A stretch of DNA of 64,000 bases from an uncultured delta proteobacterium (GTDB lineage: Bacteria; Myxococcota_A; Polyangia; Polyangiales; Polyangiaceae). This document shows positions 50,375-60,653 of the stretch, in pieces. Position 1 is the stretch's first letter; each line of letters opens with the position of its first letter. The notes below the pieces were generated by a model. The model saw only the letters and a program-made list of their open reading frames with translations, had not been told where the DNA came from and did not search any database. The translations under genes were made by a program, and so were the position numbers. The stretch lies in the NCBI GenBank assembly GCA_963841435.1, contig CAWJCS010000003.1:160001-224000 (forward strand), given 5' to 3'.

Positions 50375-50522
50375 CGCCCGGCGGCCGGAGAACCCGGGTG
50401 GCGCTAGCGTCCCCTGTCGGTCGGGCGAGGACCCCGCGACGAAACAGCGCGGGATTCGGCCGCCCGGGGGGCTCTCCCCTTGACCCCGAAAACGGTCGGT
50501 CCCATGTTAGAAGGAGGCTCGC

Positions 50523-51275
50523 GTGCGGCGCGCTAACGAAAGCGAAAACCCCAGGTCCGGGGTTTTTGGCACAGGCACCGCCCGCGAGACAGCGAACATG
50601 TCCGAGAAAGCCTCCCGGTCCACTGCCCTGGAAGAGCTTGCCCGTGCGCCCATCCCCACGCGCTTCGGGCGGTTCGAGCTCCAAGTCTACCGCTGGGACG
50701 ATCCCGAAGCGCACCCCGCGTTGAGCCGGGAGCACTGCGCGCTCGTCATGGGCGACCTCGCGGGTCGCTCTCACGTGCCGGTGCGCGTCCATTCGGAGTG
50801 CCTCACGAGCGAGGTGTTCGGGTCGCTGAAGTGCGACTGCCGCGAGCAGCTCGAGCACGCCCAGGCGGAGATCGCGCGGCGTGGCTTCGGCGCGGTGCTC
50901 TATCTCCGACAGGAAGGGCGAGGCATCGGGCTCGCCAACAAGGTCCGGGCCTACGCGCTGCAGGCGGACGGTGCCGACACCGTCGAAGCAAACCAGCAGC
51001 TCCACCTGCCGGTCGATGCGCGGACGTACGACGTCGCGGCCGCCATGCTGAAGAAGCTCGGCGTGATCTCCGTCGAGCTCATGACCAACAATCCCGCAAA
51101 GGTCTCGGCGCTCAAGGCGCTCGGCGTGCACATCGAGCGCCGCCTGCCCGTGCTCGTTCCGGCTACCCCCTTCTCTGCCGGCTATCTCGAGACGAAGCGG
51201 CGCCTCATGCAGCACGAGCTGCCGTCGAGCCCCGCACAGCTCGTGCCCGGCGCCCGCAAGTCGCTCGCCAGTTGA
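50523..51275 (+). CDS. ribA: GTP cyclohydrolase II
   Basis: VRVHSECLTSEVFGSLKCDC, QEGRGIGL, DTVEAN, MTNNP. Start is GTG 50523 (SD AAGGAGG) or ATG 50598. Confidence 0.95.
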   Translation: MRRANESENPRSGVFGTGTARETANMSEKASRSTALEELARAPIPTRFGRFELQVYRWDDPEAHPALSREHCALVMGDLAGRSHVPVRVHSECLTSEVFGSLKCDCREQLEHAQAEIARRGFGAVLYLRQEGRGIGLANKVRAYALQADGADTVEANQQLHLPVDARTYDVAAAMLKKLGVISVELMTNNPAKVSALKALGVHIERRLPVLVPATPFSAGYLETKRRLMQHELPSSPAQLVPGARKSLAS

Positions 51276-51460
51276 GCACCCCGAGAGCGTCCGTGGCTCG
51301 GACGAACGCGGAAGCGATCGATGCCTGGAATGGCGTCCTGTTCGAGAAAGACGCTCGGACCGGCCGGCGAGACCTTCGCGTCGCGGGGGAACGAGCCGAG
51401 TCGTTGATGCCCGCCGTGGATGCGGCACTTCGCGAGGCGCTTAAGGCGCGACGCTCGTAG
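51272..51460 (+). pseudogene. Internally deleted remnant, probably of a class I SAM-dependent methyltransferase
   Basis: NAEAIDAWNGVLFEK joined to LGPAGE/LRVAGERAESLMPAVDAALREAL, resembling the two ends of such proteins (from recall, not searched). Confidence 0.5.
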
Positions 51461-51523
51461 GAGCTTCACGCACCTTTGCGCCCTTGCGTCGCCAAGGGCC
51501 CGGCTGATATTTCTTTGGATTGG

Positions 51524-52255
51524 ATGGCTAGCGTGGCGCAACACCTCTCGCTGCCAGGGATAGGGCTGGCGCTCGTGCTCCACTCGCCCCCGGCGCGTGC
51601 GACGCCGGAAGACGACGCTTCACCGAAGGAGTCCGAGAAGCCGGCAGCGAGCGGGTTTCAGGCAGCATTTCGCACGGGCCTCGTCTTCCCCTACGGCGAC
51701 GCGACGGGAGCACCCGGCGACGCACTCGGCGACCGCTACGCCTGGCAGCTCCCTTTCGCCGTCGATCTCGGCGCGCGATTCGCGAGGTCGTTCTTCGCAG
51801 GCGCGTATCTCGGGCTCGGATTCGGCTCGACTGGCAGCGATCCCCGCCTGGAAGCCGCCTGCATCGACGACGACGACGACGGACAGAACGACATCGTGTG
51901 CACGGCCGTCACCCTGCGCGCGGGCATCGAGGGCACCTATTCGTTCTCGCCCGACCGCCACTTGAACCCGTGGGTGGGTTACGGCTTCGGCTGGGAGTCA
52001 ACGCACGCCTCGTACACGGATCACGAGCGCGGCTACGGAGAATCGGTGATGATCGGCGGTCTCACGCTCGCGCAGCTCTCGGCGGGCTTCGACATCCGTC
52101 GCGCCGTGGGTGTGGGGCCGTTCCTCGAAATCGCGATCGGCCGCTACACCAAGACCACGACGAGCATCGGGGAGGAGACGTTCCGGACGCCCATCGAGAA
52201 CCACGCGCTCCACGCCTGGATCTTCGTCGGAGGACGTCTGGTGACGAACCCATGA
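51524..52255 (+). CDS. Outer-membrane beta-barrel protein (OmpA/OmpW-like, about 8 strands)
   Basis: Signal peptide; amphipathic strands FAGAYLGLGFG, NPWVGYGFGWE, HAWIFVGGRL. Confidence 0.72.
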   Translation: MASVAQHLSLPGIGLALVLHSPPARATPEDDASPKESEKPAASGFQAAFRTGLVFPYGDATGAPGDALGDRYAWQLPFAVDLGARFARSFFAGAYLGLGFGSTGSDPRLEAACIDDDDDGQNDIVCTAVTLRAGIEGTYSFSPDRHLNPWVGYGFGWESTHASYTDHERGYGESVMIGGLTLAQLSAGFDIRRAVGVGPFLEIAIGRYTKTTTSIGEETFRTPIENHALHAWIFVGGRLVTNP

Positions 52256-52707
52256 TGCGGAGAAAAGGTCCCCCGTGTAGAGCAAACCGTCGCGCGAGCG
52301 CGACGTTCTACTTTCGCGAGCTCACGACGCTCTCGGTGCTCGGCCTCGCGTGGTCGCTCGTGGGGTGCTCGAGCTCGGCGGGCGGACCGGAATACTACGA
52401 GATTGGCCTCTTTGCGACGGACGGGCAGGGCATGGAAACGGACCAGGCTTGTACGCCGGTTCCCGTGATGCCCGGGGCCTCGGTCGGGCGCGACGTTTCG
52501 CTGTTCGGCGCATTCGGCGCTCACGTCGGTGCGAGCCGCGACCTCGTGACGGTGCGCTTCGTCGGCGTCACGGACCCGCAGGCCGTCGATCAGGACGTCA
52601 CGCGTCAAGCGCTCGGCGGAGGCTACGCGAACAGCTTCGACGTTCAGGCGACAAGCGGCGAGCACTTCACCGTGGCGTTGATCTCGCCGTGCAAGGTCGA
52701 GAACTGA
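52252..52707 (+). CDS. Hypothetical lipoprotein
   Basis: ATGA overlap with the barrel gene; lipobox LVGC. Confidence 0.62.
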   Translation: MMRRKGPPCRANRRASATFYFRELTTLSVLGLAWSLVGCSSSAGGPEYYEIGLFATDGQGMETDQACTPVPVMPGASVGRDVSLFGAFGAHVGASRDLVTVRFVGVTDPQAVDQDVTRQALGGGYANSFDVQATSGEHFTVALISPCKVEN

Positions 52708-52721
52708 CGTCGTCGATGCGA

Positions 52722-52748
52722 GGCGGCGCGGCGAGCCCCCGCGCCGCC
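52722..52748. terminator. GC-rich hairpin between convergent genes
   Basis: GGCGGCGCGG-cgagccc-CCGCGCCGCC, 10-bp perfect stem, no U tract. Confidence 0.55.
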
Positions 52749-52749
52749 C

Positions 52750-54153
52750 TCAGCCGCGCTTCTTCGCTTTTTCGTCACGAGCCGCCGCTTCGAGCCGTGC
52801 CTTGAGGGGTGCGGCGCGACCGGCTTTCGTGACCTGTCGGGCGCGCGCGATGGCGAGCGCGCCGTCGGGCACGTCCTCGGTGATGCTACTGCCGCTCGCG
52901 ACGTAGGCGCCCTTGCCCACGCTGACCGGCGCGACGAGCTGCGAGTCGCTGCCCACGAAGGCTCCCTCGCCGATGACGGTGCGATGCTTCTGATAGCCGT
53001 CGTAGTTGCAGAAGATCGTCCCCGCGCCGACGTTCGCGCGCTCGCCCACGTCGCCGTCGCCGAGGTAGGCGAGGTGGTTCGCCTTTGCGCCGCGTCGCAC
53101 GCGCGTCTTCTTGGTCTCGACGAAATTGCCGATGTGCGCCTCCGCCTCGATCTCGCTCTCGGGGCGAAGGTGCGAAAACGGCCCGATCTGCGCCGTTTCG
53201 CCCACGCGGCTCCCGGTCACGATCGAGTACGGCTTGAGCACGACGCGTGGGCCGATCTCGGAGTCCGTGACGACCGAGCCCACGTCGATGAACGCTCCCG
53301 CGCCGACGCGCGTCGTGCCGCGCAGCCGCACACCGGCCTCGATTTCGGCCTCGGGCTCGACCACGACGCCGTCGTCGATGCGGGCGTCGCCGCGAACGGT
53401 CACGCCGCTTTTTTCGTGTCGCGTGCGGATGGCCGCGAACAGCGCCTCCTCGGCCTGCCGGAGCTGGGCGCGGTCGTTGACGCCCATCAGGAGCTCGGCC
53501 GAGCCGCGCACGCCGGCGACGCTCCCTTGCCCCGCGAAATGCGCGACGATGTCCGTGAGGTAGAGCTCGCCCTGCGCGTTGTTTGCCGTCAGGCCGGCGA
53601 GCGCCGCGTTGAGAGGCGCGGTGCGGCCGGCGTAGATGCCGGCGTTGACCTCGCCGACGGCGCGCTCTCGGTCGCTGGCGAGGTCGCGCTCTTCGCGCAC
53701 GGCCTGCACGCGACCCTCGGCGTCGCGCAGCACGCGACCGTATCCGAAGGGATTTTCGGGCTCGGCGTAGCTCAACGCGAGGTCGGCGCTGCGGCTCGCC
53801 TCGACGATGCGCTCGAGCTCGCCGGCGGTGACGAGCGGCGTGTCGCCGCAGAGGATCAAGACGTGCTCGGTTTCGACGGCCGCCATGCCGACGCGCGCGG
53901 CGTCGCCCGTCCCGCGCGGCGGGTCCTGCACGACGACGCGCACACGCTCGCCGAAGGCGCTCTCGAGCGCCGTCTTCAGTGTGGGACTCGGGCTCGCCAC
54001 GACGACGACGCGCGCCGCGCCGAGCTCGAGCGCGGCCCGCACGGGGAACTCGATGAGCGGACGGCCAGCGACACGATGGAGCAGCTTCGGCACTGCGCTC
54101 TTCATGCGCGTGCCGAGACCGGCGGCGAGAACCACCGCCGTGAGATCGCTCAT
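52750..54153 (-). CDS. glmU: Bifunctional UDP-GlcNAc pyrophosphorylase/glucosamine-1-P acetyltransferase
   Basis: LAAGLGTRMKS, GYGRV, NNAQGELYLTD, GNFVETK, NHLAYLGD, NYDG. Confidence 0.97.
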   Translation of the reverse strand: MSDLTAVVLAAGLGTRMKSAVPKLLHRVAGRPLIEFPVRAALELGAARVVVVASPSPTLKTALESAFGERVRVVVQDPPRGTGDAARVGMAAVETEHVLILCGDTPLVTAGELERIVEASRSADLALSYAEPENPFGYGRVLRDAEGRVQAVREERDLASDRERAVGEVNAGIYAGRTAPLNAALAGLTANNAQGELYLTDIVAHFAGQGSVAGVRGSAELLMGVNDRAQLRQAEEALFAAIRTRHEKSGVTVRGDARIDDGVVVEPEAEIEAGVRLRGTTRVGAGAFIDVGSVVTDSEIGPRVVLKPYSIVTGSRVGETAQIGPFSHLRPESEIEAEAHIGNFVETKKTRVRRGAKANHLAYLGDGDVGERANVGAGTIFCNYDGYQKHRTVIGEGAFVGSDSQLVAPVSVGKGAYVASGSSITEDVPDGALAIARARQVTKAGRAAPLKARLEAAARDEKAKKRG

Positions 54154-56426
54154 TCGACCACCGCGGAGCGCCCCGCGGGCAGGCGATCCGCGGCGATGGC
54201 GCCGCCGCCGCCCGTGCTCGCTTCATCGCGCGAGGCCGTGCGCGTGGGAGGCGGCGCCTTGGGCGCGGGATAGCGCCGGCGGTCGGCGTACACGACGACC
54301 GTGTCACCCGTGGCGAGCGCGTCGCTGCGCGAGCGGCGGTTGATACGCTCCATCGAACCGACGCTGGTTTCGAAGCGGCGGCCGATCGAGGCTAGCGTGT
54401 CCCCCTTTTTCACCTTGACCAGCATGCGGCGCTTGCCGTTCAGGCCCTCGAAGTAGTCGAAAAACTCGGGCGAGCCGGCGAGCAGAGTCTTTTGGTCCTT
54501 CTCGTCGAGGACGTGCAGGCGCCGAAGATCGCGGCTCCTCTGCGGGAACACCTGCAAGACCATGCCGTCTTGAAGGAAGGCGGCGGAGTCGAGCGCGTTC
54601 CACGCGATGAGATCGGAGCGAGCGACACCGAAAGCAGTCGCCACGGAAGCGAGCGTGTCGCCGTTCACGACGGGGTAGAAGACGCGCACGGTGTCCGGCG
54701 GCGGCGTCACCTCGCGCACGACGACGACGGGGTCGTCGCCGCGCGGCTCGTCGTCGTCGTCGAAAGCGGCGCCGGTCGGACGGCGCGGGACGAGCAGCAC
54801 CGTGCCGGCCGTGAGCGACTCCTGAGACCCGAGGCGATTGAGGCTGCGGACGGTCGCCTCGCTCGCGCCGGTCTGGCGAGCGACGCTCGCGGGGGTATCA
54901 CCCTGGCGTGCGACGTAGCTCGAGAGGTCGTCGCGCGCGCCGCCCTCGAAGAGCTTGCCCGCGACGCTCGCGGTCCCCACGGGCACGTGCACGGCGCACG
55001 ACGGCGAGGCCCTTCCGGGAGCGACGGGAGGGACGCGCCCCGCGAGGTACATCGCGTTCTGGCGCTCGATCACCTCGGCGGCGACACCGGTCGCGCGCGC
55101 GACGTCAGAAAGGGCCGTGCCCGGCGCCACTTCGATCACCTCGAACGCCTCGGCGGGGTCCGGCTCGATGTCGTCGAGGCCGAACGCCTTCTTGTTCGTC
55201 ATCATGATCGCGGTCGCGAGGATCTTCGGGACGTAGAGCGTCGTTTCCCAAGGGATTCCGGCCTCGTGGCGCGCGAGCTCCCAGAAGTCGTTGGTGTTGT
55301 ACTTGCGGATGGCGCGCGAAAGTCCGCCGTGGCCCATGTTGTACGCGGCCATCGCGAGCTCCCACGCGCCGAAGCGCCGATAGAGGTCGGACAGCAGCCG
55401 CACGGCGGCCTGCGTCGACTCCATGGGGTCGAGACGCTGGTCAACCCAGCGGTCGACAGTCAGGCCGTAGGTGCGTGCCGTCTCCGGCATGAATTGCCAG
55501 AGGCCCGCGGCGCCGGCTGGCGACGAGATCGTCGGGTTGTGGCCGCTCTCGATGAGCGACAGCCACACGAGATCGGTCGGCAGACCCGCCTGGGAGAGCT
55601 CCGCCTTGAGCGCGCCGACGAAGCGACCACTCTTTTTCGCCCAGGCGCGCGCCACGGCGCGGCCGCTCTGGCTGTCACGGAAGAACTTCAGGTACTTGAT
55701 GACGCGCTCGTCGTAGCGGACGGGGAGGTTGGGCAGCGCGAGACCGCGCAGCCACTCGGCATCCTTCGTCGACGGACCGCGGTCGAGGGGCGCCACGGCG
55801 GTGGGCGGCAATCCGCTCGAAAGCACCTCGGGACCCTCGTCGGGCTGCTCGGGCAGACCCCACGACCAGCCCGGCGTGGCGCCCGTGAGCGCGTGGGGAA
55901 AAAGCACGCGCTCGGCCTCGCGAATCGTCGAAAGCTCGGGGTCGGACTTCTTCGCCCTGAGGTCGTCGGCGGTCGGGCCCCCGGCGATGATGCGGCGGGT
56001 CACCATGTCGCTCGGCTTTTGGGGCGTCCCGGGCGGCAGGGTGGGCGACGGGCGCTTCGGGGCCTTGCCGCGGGGGGCCGCGGCTTGCGCCTTGGGCGCC
56101 GGGGTGGGTGCGGCTTTCGCCTTTGGAAGCTCGAGCTTCCGGGTGCCCTGGCCACGCTGCGGCTCGCTCGGGATGACGGCAGGCAGCGCGCCGTTCGCCG
56201 TCACGGCTTTGGCCTTGGGCGCGGGCGCGGCCTTCGAAGGGGTGGGGCTCGCCTTCGCGGCGGCCGCAGGAGCGCTCTGCTTCTTGGGAGCGGGAGCGGC
56301 AGCCTTCTTTTTCGCGGTCGCCGGAGCCGAGGTCTTGCCCTCGGCGGCATGCGCCGGCAGAGCAATGCCGGGCACGATCAGGACGAGCGAAAACAGCGGC
56401 CCTGTGAGCCAGTGGGCCTCGCGCAT
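54150..56426 (-). CDS. MltD-like lytic transglycosylase with LysM domains
   Basis: LIESG, AAGLWQFMPET, AAYNMG, ETTLYVPKI; several LysM repeats (GDTLAS). Confidence 0.9.
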   Translation of the reverse strand: MREAHWLTGPLFSLVLIVPGIALPAHAAEGKTSAPATAKKKAAAPAPKKQSAPAAAAKASPTPSKAAPAPKAKAVTANGALPAVIPSEPQRGQGTRKLELPKAKAAPTPAPKAQAAAPRGKAPKRPSPTLPPGTPQKPSDMVTRRIIAGGPTADDLRAKKSDPELSTIREAERVLFPHALTGATPGWSWGLPEQPDEGPEVLSSGLPPTAVAPLDRGPSTKDAEWLRGLALPNLPVRYDERVIKYLKFFRDSQSGRAVARAWAKKSGRFVGALKAELSQAGLPTDLVWLSLIESGHNPTISSPAGAAGLWQFMPETARTYGLTVDRWVDQRLDPMESTQAAVRLLSDLYRRFGAWELAMAAYNMGHGGLSRAIRKYNTNDFWELARHEAGIPWETTLYVPKILATAIMMTNKKAFGLDDIEPDPAEAFEVIEVAPGTALSDVARATGVAAEVIERQNAMYLAGRVPPVAPGRASPSCAVHVPVGTASVAGKLFEGGARDDLSSYVARQGDTPASVARQTGASEATVRSLNRLGSQESLTAGTVLLVPRRPTGAAFDDDDEPRGDDPVVVVREVTPPPDTVRVFYPVVNGDTLASVATAFGVARSDLIAWNALDSAAFLQDGMVLQVFPQRSRDLRRLHVLDEKDQKTLLAGSPEFFDYFEGLNGKRRMLVKVKKGDTLASIGRRFETSVGSMERINRRSRSDALATGDTVVVYADRRRYPAPKAPPPTRTASRDEASTGGGGAIAADRLPAGRSAVVE

Positions 56427-56523
56427 GGTGTTTTCCTACCGGGGAGTATGCCACCTGGTCAAATCCGCGGCAGGTGCGGAGCGACGCGGACAGGCAACGG
56501 CTGGGTGGTAACGTCACCCGGCC

Positions 56524-57924
56524 ATGGCAGCCACCCGCACCGAAAAGGACACATTCGGCCCCATCGAGGTCCCGAGCGACAAGCTCTGGGGCGCCCAAAC
56601 CCAGCGCAGCCTGCAAAATTTCGCGATTTCAGGCGAGCGCATGCCCGTCGCGCTCCTCCGGGCGCTCGCGCTCGTCAAGAAGGCCGCCGCACTGGTCAAC
56701 CAGGACCTCGGCGCGCTCGACCCGAAGCTCGCCGGCGCCATCGTGCGCGCCTGCGACGAGGTGATCCAAGGTGAGCACGACGACCACTTCCCGCTCGTCG
56801 TCTGGCAGACGGGGTCCGGCACCCAGAGCAACATGAACATGAACGAGGTCGTCGCGAACCGCGCGAGCGAGCTGCTCGGCGGTGAGCGCGGCGAAAAGCG
56901 CCTCGTGCACCCGAACGACCACGTGAACCGCGGACAGTCGTCGAACGACGTGTTTCCGGCCGCGATGTCGCTCGCCTGCACCGACGCCGTGCGGAGCCGC
57001 GTTCTGCCCTCGGTGCGGAGCCTGCGCGAGGTCCTCGCCGACAAATCGCGGGCTTTCATGGACGTCGTCAAGATCGGCCGCACTCATCTGATGGACGCGA
57101 CCCCGCTCACGCTCGGGCAGGAAATCAGCGGCTGGGTGGCGCAGCTCGAGCACGGCGCCGCGCACCTCGAAAGCGCGGTGCCGCACCTCGCCGAGCTCGC
57201 GCTCGGCGGCACCGCCGTGGGCACGGGCCTGAACGCCCACCCGGAGTACGCCGTGCGGGTCGCCCGGAAGGTGGCGGAGCTCAGCGGGCACCCCATCGTG
57301 ACGGCGCCGAACAAGTTCGAGTCGCTCGCCGCTCACGACGCCATCGTCTTCGCTCACGGGGCGCTCAAGACGCTCGCTGCGTCGCTCATGAAGATCGCCA
57401 ACGACGTGCGCTGGCTCGCCTCGGGGCCACGCTCCGGCATCGGGGAAATCACGATCCCGGAGAACGAGCCGGGCAGCTCGATCATGCCGGGCAAGGTGAA
57501 TCCGACCCAGTCGGAGGCCATGACGATGCTCTGCGCGCAGGTGTTCGGCAACGACGTGGCCGTCAATTTCGGCGGTGCGAGCGGCAATTTCGAGCTCAAC
57601 GTCTACAAGCCTCTGCTCGCCTACAACTTCCTCATGAGCGCGCGGCTCCTCGCCGACGGTTGCGACAGCTTCCGTAAGAACTGCGCCGCGGGCCTGGAGC
57701 CGAACCGCGCCGTCATCAAGCGGCACCTCGAAGATTCGCTCATGCTCGTCACGGCGCTAAACCCCCACATCGGCTACGACAACGCGGCGAAAATCGCGAA
57801 GAAGGCCCACAAGGAGGGCCTCACGCTCAAGCAGGCGGCCCACGCGCTCGGGCTCGTCAGCGACGAGGACTTCGACCGCTGGGTGCGCCCGGAGGACATG
57901 ACCGGTCCCAAGGCGTCGGGCTAG
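56524..57924 (+). CDS. fumC: Class II fumarate hydratase
   Basis: [32 protein letters not shown]. Confidence 0.97.
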   Translation: MAATRTEKDTFGPIEVPSDKLWGAQTQRSLQNFAISGERMPVALLRALALVKKAAALVNQDLGALDPKLAGAIVRACDEVIQGEHDDHFPLVVWQTGSGTQSNMNMNEVVANRASELLGGERGEKRLVHPNDHVNRGQSSNDVFPAAMSLACTDAVRSRVLPSVRSLREVLADKSRAFMDVVKIGRTHLMDATPLTLGQEISGWVAQLEHGAAHLESAVPHLAELALGGTAVGTGLNAHPEYAVRVARKVAELSGHPIVTAPNKFESLAAHDAIVFAHGALKTLAASLMKIANDVRWLASGPRSGIGEITIPENEPGSSIMPGKVNPTQSEAMTMLCAQVFGNDVAVNFGGASGNFELNVYKPLLAYNFLMSARLLADGCDSFRKNCAAGLEPNRAVIKRHLEDSLMLVTALNPHIGYDNAAKIAKKAHKEGLTLKQAAHALGLVSDEDFDRWVRPEDMTGPKASG

Positions 57925-57986
57925 CCGGACGCTCGCGACGCTTTGTTGGCCCGCACCCCCGAGGCGGCGACAATCGGCGCACCCAC

Positions 57987-58691
57987 ATGGCCCTACATGA
58001 GCTTTCCCCGAGTGTTTTCAAGCCCGTCCCACCTCCGCTCTGGTACGTGACGAACGGCGAGCTCACGGTCGGACCGGTCATTACCGACCTGCTGCGGCGC
58101 GGCGTCGAGTACGGCCGCATCCCCGACTACTGCAGCGTGCGGGCGTCGCGCGGTGAGTGGCGCGACCTCTTCTCCGTGCGGGAGATCGCAGCGATGAACA
58201 GCAAGGTCGGCCCCAGGCCGCCGAGCGAGGAGCAGTTCGTCGAGTGGGCGAGACCCGTCGAGCGCGTCAAGGACGAGGAAGAGCTCGCCCATACCGTGAC
58301 GTGGCTGTCGCTGGTCGCGACGGGCGCCGAGAGCGCCATGTTTCACTACCGCGGCCGCTTCTCGCGCTCGCTCGTCACTCGCTCGGTGCTCGGGCCGATG
58401 TCGAACGAGCGCCTCGGGCACACCCTTTCGGAGCGCGACCTCGTGCTCCAATCCGCCCGCCGGGGGCGGCCAGTCGTTGGCCCGCCTTACGGCCCCACCG
58501 AGGACGCGCTCGCCATGCGCATGGCGACCAGCAGCGGCGGCGTGGGTGCCGCGGCCATGATCCCAATCTTCGTCGCCGGGACGCTGCGCGGCATGCTCGA
58601 GGTCTCCCGCCCCGGCCACGCCTTCCGCCGCGCGGACCTGCAACGCGCCGAGCGCATCGTGAAGCGCGCCCTCGGCCGCCGCGCGAACTAG
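57987..58691 (+). CDS. GYF_2-like plus GAF-like domain protein
   Basis: WYVTNGELTVGPV...GEWRDL; C-terminal AAMIPIFVAGTLRGMLEVSR...FRRADL. Confidence 0.65.
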   Translation: MALHELSPSVFKPVPPPLWYVTNGELTVGPVITDLLRRGVEYGRIPDYCSVRASRGEWRDLFSVREIAAMNSKVGPRPPSEEQFVEWARPVERVKDEEELAHTVTWLSLVATGAESAMFHYRGRFSRSLVTRSVLGPMSNERLGHTLSERDLVLQSARRGRPVVGPPYGPTEDALAMRMATSSGGVGAAAMIPIFVAGTLRGMLEVSRPGHAFRRADLQRAERIVKRALGRRAN

Positions 58692-58742
58692 CGCCCATCG
58701 GAGACGCGCAGAGGACCGTAACGACGGTGCCCCGGGGCCGCC

Positions 58743-59526
58743 CTAAAACGGCTGTCGCCCGGGATCGGTGAACGGCCCCGGTAGGCGGGGGTCGAAGCAG
58801 GTGTGGCTCTTCGGGTCGCAGACGGCGCCCACCGCACAGTCACTCGAATCGCGGCAGAGCACACACTTGAACTCGACCTGATCGCATTTGAGGCTGGGGT
58901 CGCAATCCTCGTCCTTGCGGCACTCCCCGCAGCCCACGCCGTTCGGTAGGCAAACGGGACCGTCGCTCGAGCCCTCGCAGTCAACGTTGTCACGGCACGC
59001 GATGCAGCGACTTCGCTCCTCGTCGCAAGTGCGCGCGGCATCGATGCAGTACAGGGTCGGACGCGACGGCGTAGCGCAGGTCTGGAGGCACCGATAGCTG
59101 GCACAATCCTGGTCCTTCGCGCAGTCGTTGTTGTCCCTGCAGACGACACAGCGGTGCAGCAAAGTCTCGCAGCGCCGGCCGCTGGCGTAGCAGTCCCTGT
59201 CCTCGGTGCATTCGACGCAGGCATCCCGGTGGCACCTCAGGCCGGCCCCGGCGCAGAGCGCATCGCAGTCGAGCATGGGCTCGACCGGCGGTTCGCCGGC
59301 ACCGCTCGTGCCGCTCATGCCGCCGTGATTCCAGGAGGGCGGCTGCGCGCCGCCGAAGCCGCCCGTTCCCCCGAGAATCGAGGCCCGCGCTGCCGCCGCT
59401 CGGATCCGCCGGGGCACCCGCTTCGCCCACCGACGACGGGGGCTCGCCGAAGTTCAGCGTGGCGTCGCAGGCGAGGAGCGCGAGCGGGCCGAGCAAGCAG
59501 GCTAGCCGCAGCGCGGCGGAAGTCAT
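58743..59526 (-). CDS. Gly-linker, Cys-rich lipoprotein (cassette 2), frameshifted near 59376
   Basis: Lipobox LLAC; after a +1 shift, repeated CVECTEDRDC/CRDNNDC/CRKDEDC units. Confidence 0.72.
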
Positions 59527-60653
59527 GGCTCGGCGAGCAGGGCTTCGAGCTCTGCTCGAGCGAAGCCGTTACGGTACCGACCGAGGTAGCCGCGCGCCAG
59601 AGTGCGGGCGCGGGCGGGATTCACGCGTTCGAGCAGCCGGATGCGCTCGACGCCCGCGCTCTCGGACAGCGGGCCGCCGGGGTAGCGCTCCAGGAGCTTT
59701 TCGTAGAGCTCGAGAGCCCGCGACGACTCCCCCGCCTGGCGTGCGCTCGTGGCCTCCTGGTAGAGGTCATTTTGCGCCAGGAGCTCGGATTTCCGCGCGT
59801 CGCTCGCCGACGCCGGCGCCGTCTCCGCGGCAGGCGCGGCTGCTACGGGCACCGGTTCGGGCAAGAGGGCGGCCGCGGGCGCTTCGGGCCCGGCCGGATG
59901 CGCGGCCTTGTGCGCGCGCGGCCCCACATGAGCGGGGGGAGCATCGGGCAGCGTCGGCGGCGCCGTGCAGGCGCTTTCCCAGGTCTCGCCGGGGTGCAGC
60001 ACGAGACGCCCACCGTGCGAGCGGACCTCGACGGCCCCCTCGGTCACGGACACGGCGGTGCGCGCGAGGCACCCCTCGGTCGGCGGGCGCACGGCAACGT
60101 CGAACACGGTGCCGCGCACCTCGACCTCGGCGTCGTCCGTGTCGACGATGAAGCGCTGCCCGGCGGTGAGCTTTGCGACCGTCAGGTGGGCCGTACCGTG
60201 GACGAGACCGAAGCGCTGCAGCGCCGTGTCTTCGCGATAGACGAGCTCACCGTGCTCGGTGAGCGTGATGCGCGTGCCGGTCGCGAACTCGACGACCGTC
60301 GGGTGTCCCTGCCCGGCGGTGACGCTCTGACCGTGAGCGAGCGTTCGCTCCGACACGCTGCCCCCGACCCCCTCGACGCGCACGTGGCCCGCGCGACACG
60401 CGGCACCGACGCACGCCGTGCGCCCGGGCGCTCCGAGCGGCGCAAGGTAGAACATCGCTGCGGCCGCCGCGGCGCTCAGCACGGACATGCCGGCGACGAC
60501 GCGGCGCACGGCGCGGCGGCGGCGCCGCTCGGCCATGGCCTGCGCGATGACACCGATACCAACGTCCCGCGAAATCTCACGCGGGCGCGCTTCCTCAGGA
60601 CGCTCACGCAGAACGTCGGCTGCAAGCGTGGCAAAGTCGGTCGAGTCGCTCAA
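59523..60653 (-). CDS. FecR-domain anti-sigma-like protein with C-terminal TPR (cassette 2)
   Basis: TM; FecR motif FIVDTDDAEVEVRGTVFDV...VSVTEGAVEV; TPR QNDLYQEATSARQAG...YPGGPLSE. Confidence 0.85.
   Translation of the reverse strand: MSDSTDFATLAADVLRERPEEARPREISRDVGIGVIAQAMAERRRRRAVRRVVAGMSVLSAAAAAAMFYLAPLGAPGRTACVGAACRAGHVRVEGVGGSVSERTLAHGQSVTAGQGHPTVVEFATGTRITLTEHGELVYREDTALQRFGLVHGTAHLTVAKLTAGQRFIVDTDDAEVEVRGTVFDVAVRPPTEGCLARTAVSVTEGAVEVRSHGGRLVLHPGETWESACTAPPTLPDAPPAHVGPRAHKAAHPAGPEAPAAALLPEPVPVAAAPAAETAPASASDARKSELLAQNDLYQEATSARQAGESSRALELYEKLLERYPGGPLSESAGVERIRLLERVNPARARTLARGYLGRYRNGFARAELEALLAEP

Noticed and set aside
50567-50581. sigma54-like TGGCACA-GGCA-CCGC before ribA ATG 50598
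   Set aside because: The -12 element is poor and a sigma70-like candidate lies upstream; not supportable.
50375-50600. FMN riboswitch upstream of ribA
   Set aside because: The conserved RFN sequence blocks are not visible and the space is short; only a simple hairpin is seen.
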